64,000 nucleotides of DNA from Eutreptiella sp. 'Long Island Sound 2002' (Eukaryota; Protista; Euglenida). Location of the stretch: positions 56,420,001 through 56,484,000 of the forward strand of contig OZ038379.1 of assembly GCA_964036045.1 (NCBI GenBank), in the 5' to 3' direction. The translations under genes and the position numbers were made by a program. The notes below the pieces were generated by a model, which had not been told where the DNA came from, ran no database searches, and saw nothing but the letters and a program-made list of their open reading frames with translations. This document shows, in pieces, positions 1 through 11,069 of the stretch. Within the stretch, counting starts at the first letter, position 1. Each line of letters begins with the position of its first letter.

Positions 1-148
1 TATCGCGTTCTAACTAGGTGCTCTAACTAGTTATCGCGCTAGGTTATCGCGTTCTAACTAGTTATCGCGGGGTTATCGCGGGGGGTTATCGCGGGGGTTA
101 TCGCGTTCTAACTAGGTTATGGCAAGAGTTATCCCGGTAGTTATCACG
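1..148. repeat. Array of GTTATCGCG and (GTT)CTAACTAG motifs, lying in a probable intron that ends at the AG at 181-182
   Basis: Motifs recur many times; they are followed by a T-rich tract and ...ttttcAG at 151-182. The same motifs recur at 1064-1190. Confidence 0.8.
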
Positions 149-182
149 TGTGTTTTTTTTTTGTTTCTTTTGTTTTTTTCAG

Positions 183-998
183 CCCACCATCATGCAGCTA
201 CCCCGTCTTTTCGTCAAGGACGAAGCCCAGGCAGCCGGAGCAGCAAGAGGAGCAGCAGAAGCAGCAGTGGAGTGTCCCACAGTAAGGGGGTCTGATACCA
301 GCTTGATCCTACTATTTTTGCCCGACTTTTGCCCCCTTTTTGGTTTAGATACAATGTGATGTGGGTCAAAATGCATTCGTCACACCCAAATTATGGGGGT
401 ATAGGCAGTGAGACACCATCTCCCACAAAAAGTGCTCCATAGTAAGGGGGGCTCACATAAGGATACCTTACTATGCACCCCCTTACTGTGGGACACCCCA
501 AGGGGCACCGCCCGCCAAGCCGGTGGCGGCCCGTGTGGAGCTGGAGGGGGAGAAGAGGCTGCCGGAGGGGGCGTCGTGGCGTTATGGGTTGTTGTGCATG
601 TCATGGTGAAATGCATTGAGCGTTTGTATGAGCTTTGGAGGGTGAGGGAGATGTACACTCTAACCCAAGTGGAACGCCACCGTGCGTTGACCACAAAATT
701 TTCAAAAGCTTGGGGAGACTAAGGTTGGTCCCCCACCAGGTGGACTCATTGGTGCTTGGCACATTCCACCTTTTTTGCCGAGAAATGGAGGAACATTTTT
801 CAGTTTTCCTCCATCCCAACGGAGTATCGGCATGGGCCTTACAAGAGGAGGCTCAAAAATTGTTTTAAGGGTTGGTCTTTGGTGAGGCCAAGTATGTCCC
901 TCCGCCACATGCACCATTGCATGTCCATGAACGCCCTTGAGCAAGGGCTTTTGGGACTGGAGGCAGCCAAGGCCTCAGACATTGATGACTTTGTATGA
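183..998 (+). pseudogene. C-terminal part of a RAG1/Transib-like DDE transposase (copy a), interrupted by a MITE, frameshift and stops
   Basis: KAWGD*GWSPTRWTHWCLAHSTFFAEKWRNIFQFSSIPTEYRHGPYKRRL aligns by eye with WTHLWTDHMYYFAKKWRILSKFSCFAMGGSHRR of the 14519-15721 ORF and with the RAG1 H-x4-H...S-x3-E (E962) region. PEGASWR..LCMSW*NAL parallels VEGKSWESVCKTWWDNF. Confidence 0.65.
268..500. mobile_element. MITE with 23-bp TIRs and apparent 2-bp AG target duplication
   Basis: TGGAGTGTCCCACAGTAAGGGGG (268-290) vs CCCCCTTACTGTGGGACACCCCA (478-500), 1 mismatch. AG at 266-267 and 501-502; removal restores the transposase frame (GCA G|GG GCA). Confidence 0.85.
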
Positions 999-1063
999 AA
1001 AAAGACCATACATGCTTTGCGCCAAGTGTTTTGTGTTGTTTCTCCTAGGGACGGATGGAGGAG

Positions 1064-1371
1064 GGGTGCGCGATAACTTCCCGCGATAACTACGCGATAA
1101 TTGAGTTATCGCGTGATAACTAGTGCTCTAACTAGTTAGAGCAAGGTGCTCTAACTGTGTTCTAACGCTGTTCTAACTGTGCTCTAACTCTTTGACCCCC
1201 CCCCAAAAAAACCACCCCCATGATGCGGGTGATGTGGGGAAAGAAAGGGGATGGGGGGTTTTTGAGGGTGCTGAATCCATTTTTTTAGGTGGTTTGCCCC
1301 AAAATTGAGGGTAGGTGGGTGTTCCGGAAATTGCGTTCTAACTAGGGGTTCCGCACGACGCCCTAGAACGC
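1064..1371. repeat. Subterminal fold-back repeat array of element a (CGCGATAAC/GTTATCGCG, CTAACT, GTTCTAACTAG, CTAGAACG)
   Basis: Both orientations of the motif at 1064-1190 and again at 1335-1371, downstream of the transposase stop. Confidence 0.7.
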
Positions 1372-1837
1372 TGCATCCCATTAGCATTGGACATGTACAA
1401 CACAATGCAAGCATGCACAGCAGAGGCTCAACAGCTCAAAAAAGCATAATCTGCAACAACAAAAGTGATTGATGTTCGATTTTCGCCACAAGTCTGAGGG
1501 TGCCCCTTCCTTCATCAAGAGGTGCTCCCCCAGTGGTGAAATATTCCTTGTCTACCATCTGTACGTTTCTGGCCGGAGGCGCGCTTTTGTGGCCAACGGT
1601 GTTGCACGTAAGGTTTTGAAAACACGTAGAGCACGCACAACGCGGAAAACACGCACAGACCAAGTAACACGCACAGAACGCGGAGCATGCCGAACACGTC
1701 CCTCCGGAGGCACGTGCAGAATTGAAATACCGGAACGCGCAGAACGCGCAGCAGGTCGGTTTACACATGGGCGCACATCGAGGAGGGGCCGCGTCCTCAC
1801 AGTTGGGTATCCAGCCTATGCGGTTGTCCCCCATGGT

Positions 1838-2995
1838 TCACACTGGTCCCATGGGTAGGGATAGCAGAGGCTCCGCCTCCATGACCGTCTTGTTCAAGCC
1901 TCCCACTCCACCACACCACTCCTCATCTTCCTCATCCTCCTCATCCTCGTCATCCTCCTCACCCTCCTCATCCTCCTCATCCGCCTCGTCCTCCTCATCC
2001 TCGTCATCCTCCTCACCCTCCTCGTCCTCCCACACCTCCTCGTCCTCCTCGTCCACCTCCATGTCCTGTGCGCCTTGCACGCCTCCATAGCCATGTCCCG
2101 GTGCAAAGCACAACACGTGGAACGCCTTTCCACAACCGGTACATTCATAACCAGTTCTTCCCCTCTTGCAAAAGTGGCACACACGCCTCCGTTGTGTCGC
2201 CACCGGCACGTGCACCTTTTGTCGGAGGGGGTGGGCAAAGTACCGCCGCCGCAACACTTGCCATTGCCACTCCCACATACTAGTGGTCTCCTTGCAAAGT
2301 CCCAATTGCCGGCAAGTTGCGAACGCATTCACAACCGCGTACCGGAGCACGAACGCACGCACCGCGTGGGCCCATGTCATCTGGCGGCCAACCTGCCTCA
2401 TCTGCAGGGCCATCTGGTTCACAGCATCGACACTGCGCGACGGTGTGCGGTACGCCGCCACCACGGGGTGCACTTCGCGCCCGCTTCGCCGGTGAGGTGG
2501 TCCCTTTGGGGCAAACCACACATTTGTCAGCGTCGGCACAACGCGGGGGGGTTTTTGCCCGACCTTCGGATTATTTAATTAATTGTACACGCACAAACTG
2601 TACTTCGAATCCGCAACAGTGCACACCGCCGATTGCCCCTCCTGCACCTGCTCCCCGGCCCATGTCACGCCGTACGTAGACCTCTTCGTCATCATGAGGA
2701 ATGCCCGCTTGTTGGCGGCCAATTCCTTTGCGAGGCCGTGGGACCCGAAAAAGGAGTCAGCACATAGCACCGTCCCCTCGGGTAGCACTGATGCCCACAA
2801 CTTCATGATGTTTTTGGCATCAAAGTTTCCTGCCGCGGTGCCGTAGCGGCGTAGCGTGCCCCGTGCACCGATGTGCAAGTACATGTCCACCACATAGCCC
2901 CATGTTGCGTCCATACCGCGGCTCATACTGATACCCATACCGGTGCGGCCACGCCTCCCAGCTTGTCTGCACAACATGTAGAGCGCGCAAAACAT
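1838..2995 (-). pseudogene. piggyBac-family transposase, 5'-truncated, one in-frame stop, C-terminal Cys-rich domain and acidic tail
   Basis: DATWGYVVDMYLHIG, TVLCADSFFGS (DNxFTS-type Asp), AYRTPSRSVDAVNQM (YN..GGVD..DQ-type) and CHFC-x8-CTGC-x4-H-x2-C (cysteine-rich domain). ORFs 2579-2995 and 1838-2539 are in the same frame, separated by a TAA at 2579-2581. Confidence 0.85.
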
Positions 2996-4590
2996 TTGAT
3001 ACCTCCGTGAATTATTTAACCCCCTCCGGGAATGATTTGATACCCCCCTGAATCCTTTACCCCCCTCCGTGAATTACTTGATACCTCCGTGAGTTATTTA
3101 ACCCCCTCCGCGAATTATTTGATACCTCCGTGAATTGTTTACCCCCCTCCGCGAATTATTTCATTCCACCGTGAATTGTTAACCCCAATCCGTGAATGGT
3201 TTGATACCTCTGTGAATTGTTTACCCCCCTCCGTGAATTATTTGATACCTCCGTGAATTATTTGATACCTCCGTGAATTGTTAGCCCCCCTCCGTGAATT
3301 ATTTCATCCCTCCGTGAATTATTTAACCCCCTCCGTGAATTCTGTGATACCTCCGTGAATCGTTTATCCTACTCCGTGAATTATTTCTCACCTCCGTGAA
3401 TTATTTGATACCTCCGTGAATTGTTTACCCCCCTCCGGGAATTATTTGATACCTCCGTGAATGATTTAAACCCCTCCGCCAATTATTTGATGCCTCCGTG
3501 AATTGTTTACCCCCCTCCGCGAATTGTTTCATCCCTCCGTGAATTATTTACCCCCCTCCGTGAATTATTTGATACCTCCGCGAATTGTTTACCCCCCTCC
3601 ATGAATTCTTTGATACCTCCGTGAATTGTTTACCCCCCTCGTGAATGATTTGATACCTCTGTGAATTGTTTACCCCCCTCCGTGAATTATTTCATTCCAC
3701 CATGAATTGTTAACCCCCATCCGTGAATTATTTGATACCTCCGTGAATTATTTAACCCCCTCCGTGAATTATTTGATACCTCCGTAAATTGTTTACCCCC
3801 CTCCGTGAATTATTTGATACCTCCGTGAATTGTTTACCCCCCTCCGCGAATTATTTGATACCTCCGTGAATTGTTTACCCCCCTCCGCGTATTTTTTCAT
3901 CCCTCCGTGAATTGTTAACCCCCCTCCGTGAATTATTTGATACCTCCGTGAATTATTTAACCCCCTCCGCGAATTATTTGATACCTCCGTGAATTGTTTA
4001 CCCCCCTTCGTGAATTTTTTGATACCTCCGTGAATTGTTTACCCCCCTCCGTGAATTATTTCATACCTCCGTGAATTGTTTACCCCCCTCCGCGTATTTT
4101 TTCATCCCTCCGTGAATTGTTAACCCCCCTCCGTGAATTATTTGATACCTCCGTGAATTATTTAACCCCCTCCGTGAATTATTTGATACCTCCGTAAATT
4201 GTTTACCCCCCCCCCGTGAATTATTTGATACCTCCGTGAATTGTTTACCCCCCTCCGCGAACTATTTGATACCTCCTTGAATTGTTTACCCCCCTCCGCG
4301 TATTTTTTCATCCCTCCGTGAATTGTTAACCCCCCTCCGTGAATTATTTGATACCTCCGTGAATTATTTAACCCCCTCCGCGAATTATTTGATACCTCCG
4401 TGAATTGTTTACCCCGCTTCGTGAATTATTTGATACCTCCGTGAATTGTTTACCCCCCTCCGTGAATTATTTCATACCTCCGTGAACTGTTTACCCCCCT
4501 CCGCGAATTCTTTCACACCTCCGCGAATTGTTTATCCCCCTCCGCGAATTGTTTCACATCTCTGTGAATTATTTAACCCCCTCCGTTAAT
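2996..4590. repeat. Satellite: ~41-bp dimer of CCGTGAATT-ATTTGATACCT and CCGTGAATT-GTTTACCCCCCT, with ~205/410-bp higher-order periodicity
   Basis: Direct reading. Variant CCGCGTATTTTTTCAT at 3885, 4090 and 4296; variant CCGTAAATT at 3782 and 4192. Confidence 0.95.
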
Positions 4591-4736
4591 TCTGTGGTGC
4601 CCCATGCCCCGTCTTCCCACAAAATTTGTTACCACCTTTCTGCCACCAACCTCACCAGTGAGGTGAAGAAGTTATCTGTGGTCTTCACTTTCGCGTCTAC
4701 GACCCAGACACCTCTACCTCTGCTCTCCTGGCCTCT

Positions 4737-5150
4737 AAGCTGCAGGAGTTGCCCCTTGGTCTCTCGCCGCCTCGCCTCGACCAGGGGCATCCCTCATCCC
4801 CCAACCCACCTACTGCTGGTCCTTGAGCCGCAGAAGTTGGCCCTTGGTCCCTGGCCGCAGCGCCTCGACCGCGGTCGTCATCCATCCCCCAACCCAGCCG
4901 CTGCACGCCACTGAGCCGCAGAAGTTTGCCCTTGGTCCATGGCCGGCGCTCCTCAACCTCGGTGGTCGTCCATCCCCCGGCCCACCCACTGCAGGCCGCC
5001 GAGCCCCAGGAGTTTGCCCTCGGTCGCTGGCCGCCGCACCTCGACGAGGGTCGTCATACATCCTCCAACCCACCTACTGCTAGCCCTTGAGGCGCAGAAG
5101 TTTGCCCTTGGTCCCTGGCCGCCGCGCCTCGACCTGGGTCTTCGTTCATC
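4737..5150 (+). repeat. ~5 copies of an 88-bp tandem unit (GAGCCGCAGAAGTTTGCCCTTGGTCCCTGGCCG...)
   Basis: Unit starts at about 4737, 4825, 4913, 5001 and 5089. Confidence 0.85.
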
Positions 5151-5345
5151 TCGCAAACCGCGCACTGGCATCGAGTGGGCCCGCGCAAGAACCCAAGGAG
5201 GAAGCAGCCTACCACTTCGAGTATCGGGGTCCAGGTCCGGATTGCCCTCCCGAGTTGTGGTCACCAACAGATACCCACCGACCTGCACCTTGTGGGCCAC
5301 GCAAGAGGCCACAACCTTAAACAGTTGTGAGGCAGGCTCCTACAG

Positions 5346-6059
5346 ATGGCCCGGCATCCTGAATGGCCCCCGAGGGACACCATGGAAGCCGCTCAGATGA
5401 AAATGGGCTTCCGTCTAGCCCTGGTCAAGGCAGGGTGGCATGCCCCACCAGAACAAGAGGCCATCTTTTACAGGAAGTTGGCATGGCAAATGGCAACATG
5501 TGCCCTGGATGTCATCCATACCCATGGACTTGCAGCAGTGTTCCGCCTGATGTACAGCCAAGAGGGCAGTCCAAAATGCACACGGGAGGACGGAGGTGCT
5601 GTTGTGGAATACCGTACGGTAGCCTCAAACTTGTGGGAGCGGATAACACAGTATGAGCAGGACTGTGGGAAAGTGGGTGGTCAACGAGGGGCCATTTCTG
5701 GACACCCCATCAGCGTTTGCAAACTCGCTTGGATGGAGGCTTGGAATGACATTAATTGTGTAATAATAATTGTGTACGCTCTGCCAGTTGTGGACTCATG
5801 GCCATTCTGGTCCAGGAGAGGGGAGACCAAGTACCCCACACCCGCTGTAGAGAAGATGTATGTGGCTGGGGTACGGAGACAACGCTTGGGCCGAATGCAG
5901 TACTTTTGGCCACAGGCAGCAAGTGCAGCACGGCCATTCACAAGTGATTTGGTGGCACCTGCGAGCCGCCGGAACTCACTGTTGCCGGCCGATGGGAAGG
6001 GTTCGAAAGCACAGGGGACCCCAGGATCCGGGGCTGGTCGACAGAGAGTGTCGTTGTGA
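5346..6059 (+). CDS. Uncharacterised 237-aa ORF, probably part of the plus-strand transposon block
   Basis: Open frame with protein-like composition; no recognised motif. Confidence 0.3.
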   Translation: MARHPEWPPRDTMEAAQMKMGFRLALVKAGWHAPPEQEAIFYRKLAWQMATCALDVIHTHGLAAVFRLMYSQEGSPKCTREDGGAVVEYRTVASNLWERITQYEQDCGKVGGQRGAISGHPISVCKLAWMEAWNDINCVIIIVYALPVVDSWPFWSRRGETKYPTPAVEKMYVAGVRRQRLGRMQYFWPQAASAARPFTSDLVAPASRRNSLLPADGKGSKAQGTPGSGAGRQRVSL

Positions 6060-7092
6060 CCTGGTGGCACAGGTCCGACTAGACAGGGGACACCTAGATC
6101 TGGGGGTAGTCGACGGAGCTCGCTGTTGCCAAAAAGCTCAAGTTCTACTTGCAGTCCCGGACCTCAACCCAGCGTCCCACCCTATCCAGCTCCTGTGACG
6201 GTGCGGCTGACTAGACAGCAACAGTTCGACCAAGCATTGATGCAAACGTGCCATGGCCATGCCTAGTGTGACCGCAGTGCGATCCAAGACTTGGGGGAGC
6301 AACAGCGGGAGCCTCTGTCAGAGGACAGCATGGTGGCTGCCTATACGGTGGGACGCCACTTTGCAGAGTCCATGCGGATTCCCATGCAAGAAAGTAGCGA
6401 TGTGATACTGAGGTGCACCGCTTTCAGCCCTGAGATACCCCGCAGCCACCTGGGATACCTCCCTGCCGGTGTCCGTGTGGTGAACAATGCATGGACAGAT
6501 GATGCTGGGGAGGAGGCCATGGAACTTCTATTGGAAGCAATGGCTGAAGCTGGGGTGCAACCCCCCCCCCCCAGATCCCATGACACCTGACCAGGATCCC
6601 CCTAGAGGTGATCCAAGCCAGTCCGACGTCCCCGCCTGTGCGCTGCGACTCGGATCCCAAGATACATATGGCGGTGTCCCTTGTGACAAAGGTACACCCA
6701 TGATGCAGGTGCTGTGCACCAGGATGATCAGATGCAGGGTGGGGACACAAAGTAGGCCATAGGCACAGCTGGCATCCCCGGTGATGCACAGCAATGCCCC
6801 CCCCACCCCACCCCCACCCCCCCGCGCCTTACCTCCTGCTGTCCAGGATCCCCGCAGAGGTGATCCAAGTGAGTCCGACGTCCCAGCCTCTGCGCTGCGA
6901 TGTGCACCCCAGGCTGCACCCGGTGTTGCAGATGGTGTGCATGCTGATGATGAGATCTACGGCCGAGACGTAATGGAAAACACACGACCGGGTGTTGCAC
7001 AAGAATGCCTAACCCCACACTCCGGTTGTGGGGTTGAGTCACTCTCTGATCAGAGATCGCTTGTGCCCGTAGCACAGCGCCCACCATAGGTT

Positions 7093-7890
7093 TTGTTAAG
7101 TGGGCAAGATAGTGAAATGTCATCCCCCAATATGCATAGCAATTTGGGGACTGCATGCAGTGTCATGGCACCTAGTCAGTCCAGCACATATGGCTCACAG
7201 CTGAGCAACAGCCCCCCCTCAGGCAAGAAAGCAATGCCTAGGGATCCCAACCCCATGCCTGCTGCAAAGCGTGTGCGGTTAGGGGTGGACCAGGCCGCAG
7301 CAATTGACATTGACCATCCTGACCAGAAGGTTAAGGTGGATAGAATTAAGGCTACGGCCGGTAGGGATCCGCCTACCATCCGGCAACTGAAGTTACGGTT
7401 GGCGCCTGATGAGTATATCGCTGGTGCATGTTTCTTTTATGCAGCTGCCCTGAGCCTCCATGCGCTCCGCAGTCAAACCCCCTCAACTGGTGTGGACCTG
7501 CGAGTGCAGGCAACCATAATGTACGGGGATTGGTGTGGCATAGAGGTGAAAGAGAGTGCTCTAAGTGTCTGTAGGGCCCTGGAAGTGGATAAATGGGACG
7601 AGAGGCCCTTGGGGGGAATGCCAGACCATTATTCACCTCTGGCCACCCACATTGATGGGAAGGTTGTGTTGTTGCGTACAAACACACCAAAATAATCGAT
7701 TCAAGGTTTGGCCCCGACACTGCTGTGACATCTGCTGCAGTTTGGAGTCCGGCTATGGCAGAAGCCAAAGTGTACCATACAATCGAGGAGATGGAGAAAG
7801 CCTGTGAACAAGCATGTGTGATCGTCATTGGTGAGGCCGAACGTGATGGGCGCCGGCGGGGTGGACATTACCGAGGCGCCATCTATGACC
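7093..7890 (+). pseudogene. OTU-like cysteine protease domain (frameshifted near 7690)
   Basis: DEYIAGACFFYAAALSL...DLR resembles the OTU (D)GNCLFRA..S..L...LR catalytic-Cys box. GGHYRGA near 7860-7880 resembles the HY catalytic-His box. Confidence 0.55.
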
Positions 7891-7979
7891 GCTCGTTGCA
7901 GGTAGCACCTTTGTGTGTCTTGCATGGCATAATGGGGACACTAGTGAACACAAGAGAGACGTCACAGCACTTCTGCTTG

Positions 7980-8470
7980 CCAAGGTTGCAGTTCGGTGTC
8001 GGTGGGAGCAAAGGCCATACACCGAAAGGGGATTGTCGCTGGTCACGGCTTGTATAGGGGACACAGGAGCATGGCGCCCTTGTGATGATGGTGAACCACA
8101 TTGCAAGGGAGTTGGTGCCAGAGTGGTTCACGTGGACTACAATACACCTGTCGTGCAATGAGACGGCAGCTCCCCATTAGCATCGTTTTGATAGTACCCC
8201 ATGGTCAGCAGTGTTCTCCGCAGGGCAGCACGTTGGTGGTGAGATCTAAGTGGAAGAGGGAGGCGTCGGCAGTGGACCGCGTGGCAGAACAGGGAGAAGG
8301 CAGCGCGTAGATGGCATTAACCGTGCGGGCCACAGGTACCGTGTCGATAGGCAACCTGTAGTGGTCCGCACTGGCGCATGGCATGCTACTTGCCCATGGG
8401 AAGGGGACAGGCGATTGGTGGTGCTTTACGGCCGCGGAGAATGGCAGAGTTTGCCTCCATCGCACCGCAA
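7980..8470 (+). pseudogene. 2OG-Fe(II) dioxygenase domain resembling the TET/JBP type
   Basis: The 7725-8057 frame read through stops gives FTWTTIHLSCNETAAPH*H...SAGQHVGGEI*VEE...WHATCPWEGDRRLVVLY. This fits N..H-x-(D) / G.F.GG.L / H.T.P..G.R..V.Y; the HxD site is damaged. Confidence 0.65.
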
Positions 8471-10281
8471 GTTCTTGCACCAACATGCCTTCCGCCTACC
8501 TGCAGGTTAGTGGCGGTCCGCAAGGTGGAGCACGGCAACGGCCGTGTGGCATGGCGAACCCCCCACGTCACAATTGGTGTTGGCTTGGTACAACGTTCCA
8601 ATGCCTCGTGCTGGCCTCTTGTGGACAGGAGGCCTCCGATGATGAGTGCCCAGATGATGTGGCGATGTGGGCTACACTTGGGGGTGACATTGTGGCAAGT
8701 ACGACAGGTGCTGTGTACCGTCCAAATGCCATTGCACGCCTCTTGGCGGATGAGGGGCAGCCAATTGTTACTGTGTGCCAGTGTAGTGGTCGGTGTCAAT
8801 GTGTCAGGAGGGCCCCCAAGTTTGAGTGGATGCAGCAGTGCGAGATGGCTGAGTGTTGGAAGCACATGGTACCGAAGCTCGTTCGTGCCGGTGTTCGTTC
8901 TCTATCTGGCTGCTTGTCTCATGAGCAATGGTGGCAGCGGTGCCCAGTATGTGACAAGAAAGTCCTCCAAGCTGGAGGTGAGTTGGCAATGGCTGCCCAA
9001 GTGTTGCATGTTACTAACCAAGGCCAAAGCGTGCAGGTGCGAATGAGGGGGGGAATGAGCGGCCGTTCGTTGGGCCGCCCTTCAAACCCCCCCCCCCATG
9101 TGGCTGTGGGGGGGATCTCCAAGAGGCCATTGTACTATCGTCACTGGTGTTCAACAAGTCGGCTCCACTCCATGTCCACAATCAACAGCTTCATAGCTTG
9201 ACTGTGGATCATGAGTTTGTGGATGTCAACGGGTACCATGGGTCCCTCCGGGCCATGGTGCTACACATTGGAGCACCTAGGGAGGAAGGGCACTTAATAT
9301 TGTTGTTCACATTTTAGTTCGCGATGAGTGGTGGTTGTGTGATTATGCGTCGGTGACCAGGGGACGCCCTCCAGCCAATTCGCGAAAGGTGACATTCCTA
9401 TTGTATGAGTGTACTCCCACAGAGATGGTGGGTCTGTCACAAGGCGGTTCACAAAGGGGTGCTTGCAATCGTGGAGCACATGATGCCCCCTCTCAGTCTG
9501 CAGCAACAACGGTCGACAGGCATGTCCACAGCATGGCGAGCAGCACCTCGTTGCCAGCCATGGCGCTGGCAACCGGTGACCCACAGTCTACCAACCACAT
9601 TGGGGAAGCACAACCCTCCCCCTCGCAGTCTGCAGCACCAACTGTCGCCAGGCATGCCCCGGGCGTGCCAAGTAACACCCAGTTGGCAGCCATGGCGCTG
9701 CCAACGGTCAAGGGTGACCCCGCATATACCACACATGTGGGGGATGCGCAGCCCACCATCGAGTTTATTGAAGCTGTGGCCAAGCATGTACAAAAACAAA
9801 GTGTACGGGTGCAACAGCATTTGCAAGTCCGTGTGCAAGCCCACCAGGTTCATCTGCGGGCACGTCATGAGAAGGAGTGGGGTGAGAGGCATGCAAGTCA
9901 GGGCATGTCACACCGGTCTGTAGCCGAGTCCATAGAACAGGATGGAGCCCGATTTGCTGCATTGGCAGCAACGGGGAGCAATGCTTTTTCTGTGATGATG
10001 GGGGCAGCCCCCAAGCAACACAGAGCAGGGCCAAAGACATTGCAAGCCTTTGTGGATGCGCATTGGCAGTTGCAGTTCACTGTTGAGGGGGGTGTAATGT
10101 GCATATGTTGTGCATGGGCTGCTCAAACGGATTGTTCTGGGGTGAAGCGGCCACCGAAGGCGGCTACACCCTTGGTGAATGGAACATATGGCATGGGCAT
10201 GCGTATGATGATCGCTGCACCAAAGGGATGGCGTAAAGATGTCCTGGAGGGTCACCTTGGTGTGTCACGTGGCACAACCAG

Positions 10282-11069
10282 CAGGGGAGGTGGAAAATTG
10301 GCTTGCGCCCGGGGGGGGGTCACGGCTGTCGCCTGAAGGAGGGGGGGGGGGGTTTGGGAAATGGACACCTGTGACAGGACCTATGTATGGTCCTCATTGT
10401 CAGCCTTTTTATTTTACTACGCTATATACCCTCTAATTTTTGAACATGGGCAGATTCTGACTTGGCTTAGTTGGTAATAGGCCTAGGCTGCAATCCCAAA
10501 GGTCCTGGGTTCAAACCCAGCTTCATGCAATGTTTTTCCCTTCGCTTTTTTGGTTTTTTTTATGTCTTCATGTTTGCATGTTTGCATGTGCATGCCCCCC
10601 ACAAGACAGCTTTCTACAGGTCCCCCCATCAGGGGGGACCCTTTCAGTCAGTCACAGGCACACATACCCCTTAAACCCCCCCCCCCCCTGCTCTCGACCC
10701 CTTCCCCGAAGCAACCAGCCCCTGACAAGGAAACAAACAAAATTCAGTTAAACACACAGGGCCAATGACAACACCACTTTGCAAAAAAAAATTTCTTTTT
10801 TGGTGAACCTTCCTTGACATCCGCATCATACTAATTTGCCAACGGGAGGCCATGGTGGGGCGTTGCATCCCCCCCCCCCCCGTGCTATGGGATGCAACCG
10901 GAATAGACCGGACATAAATACCACCAACGTTGGGGGTAGGGGGGGGACTGGGGGGCTGTGTATACCGGTTGTCATTGCCCCGTCACGGCGGGCCAGAAAG
11001 GGGGGGGGGGTTTGGGAAATGGACATCCGTGACCCCCCGTGGGCGCAAGCCAATTTTCCCCCACCCCAG
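10282..11069. mobile_element. ~790-bp TIR-bounded non-autonomous insertion in the hAT ORF
   Basis: GGAAAATTGGCTTGCGCCC (10292-10310) is inverted as GGGCGCAAGCCAATTTTCC (11041-11059), with weaker pairing outward. CCAGC is directly repeated at 10278-10282 and 11066-11070; precise removal restores the frame. Confidence 0.85.
10456..10528 (+). tRNA. Degenerate tRNA-Cys(GCA)-like sequence (pseudo-tRNA or SINE head)
   Basis: A box TGGCTTAGTTGG, anticodon loop CTGCAAT, T-arm CTGGG-TTCAAAC-CCAG (B box GGTTCAAACCC). Acceptor and anticodon stems pair poorly. Confidence 0.6.

Noticed and set aside
2996-4590. CRISPR-like array
   Set aside because: There are no unique spacers (the intervening parts are themselves repeated), no cas genes, and the context is eukaryotic.
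8128-8145. HVD as the oxygenase HxD motif
   Set aside because: It lies in a different frame from the flanking conserved motifs; the true site is the damaged PH*H.
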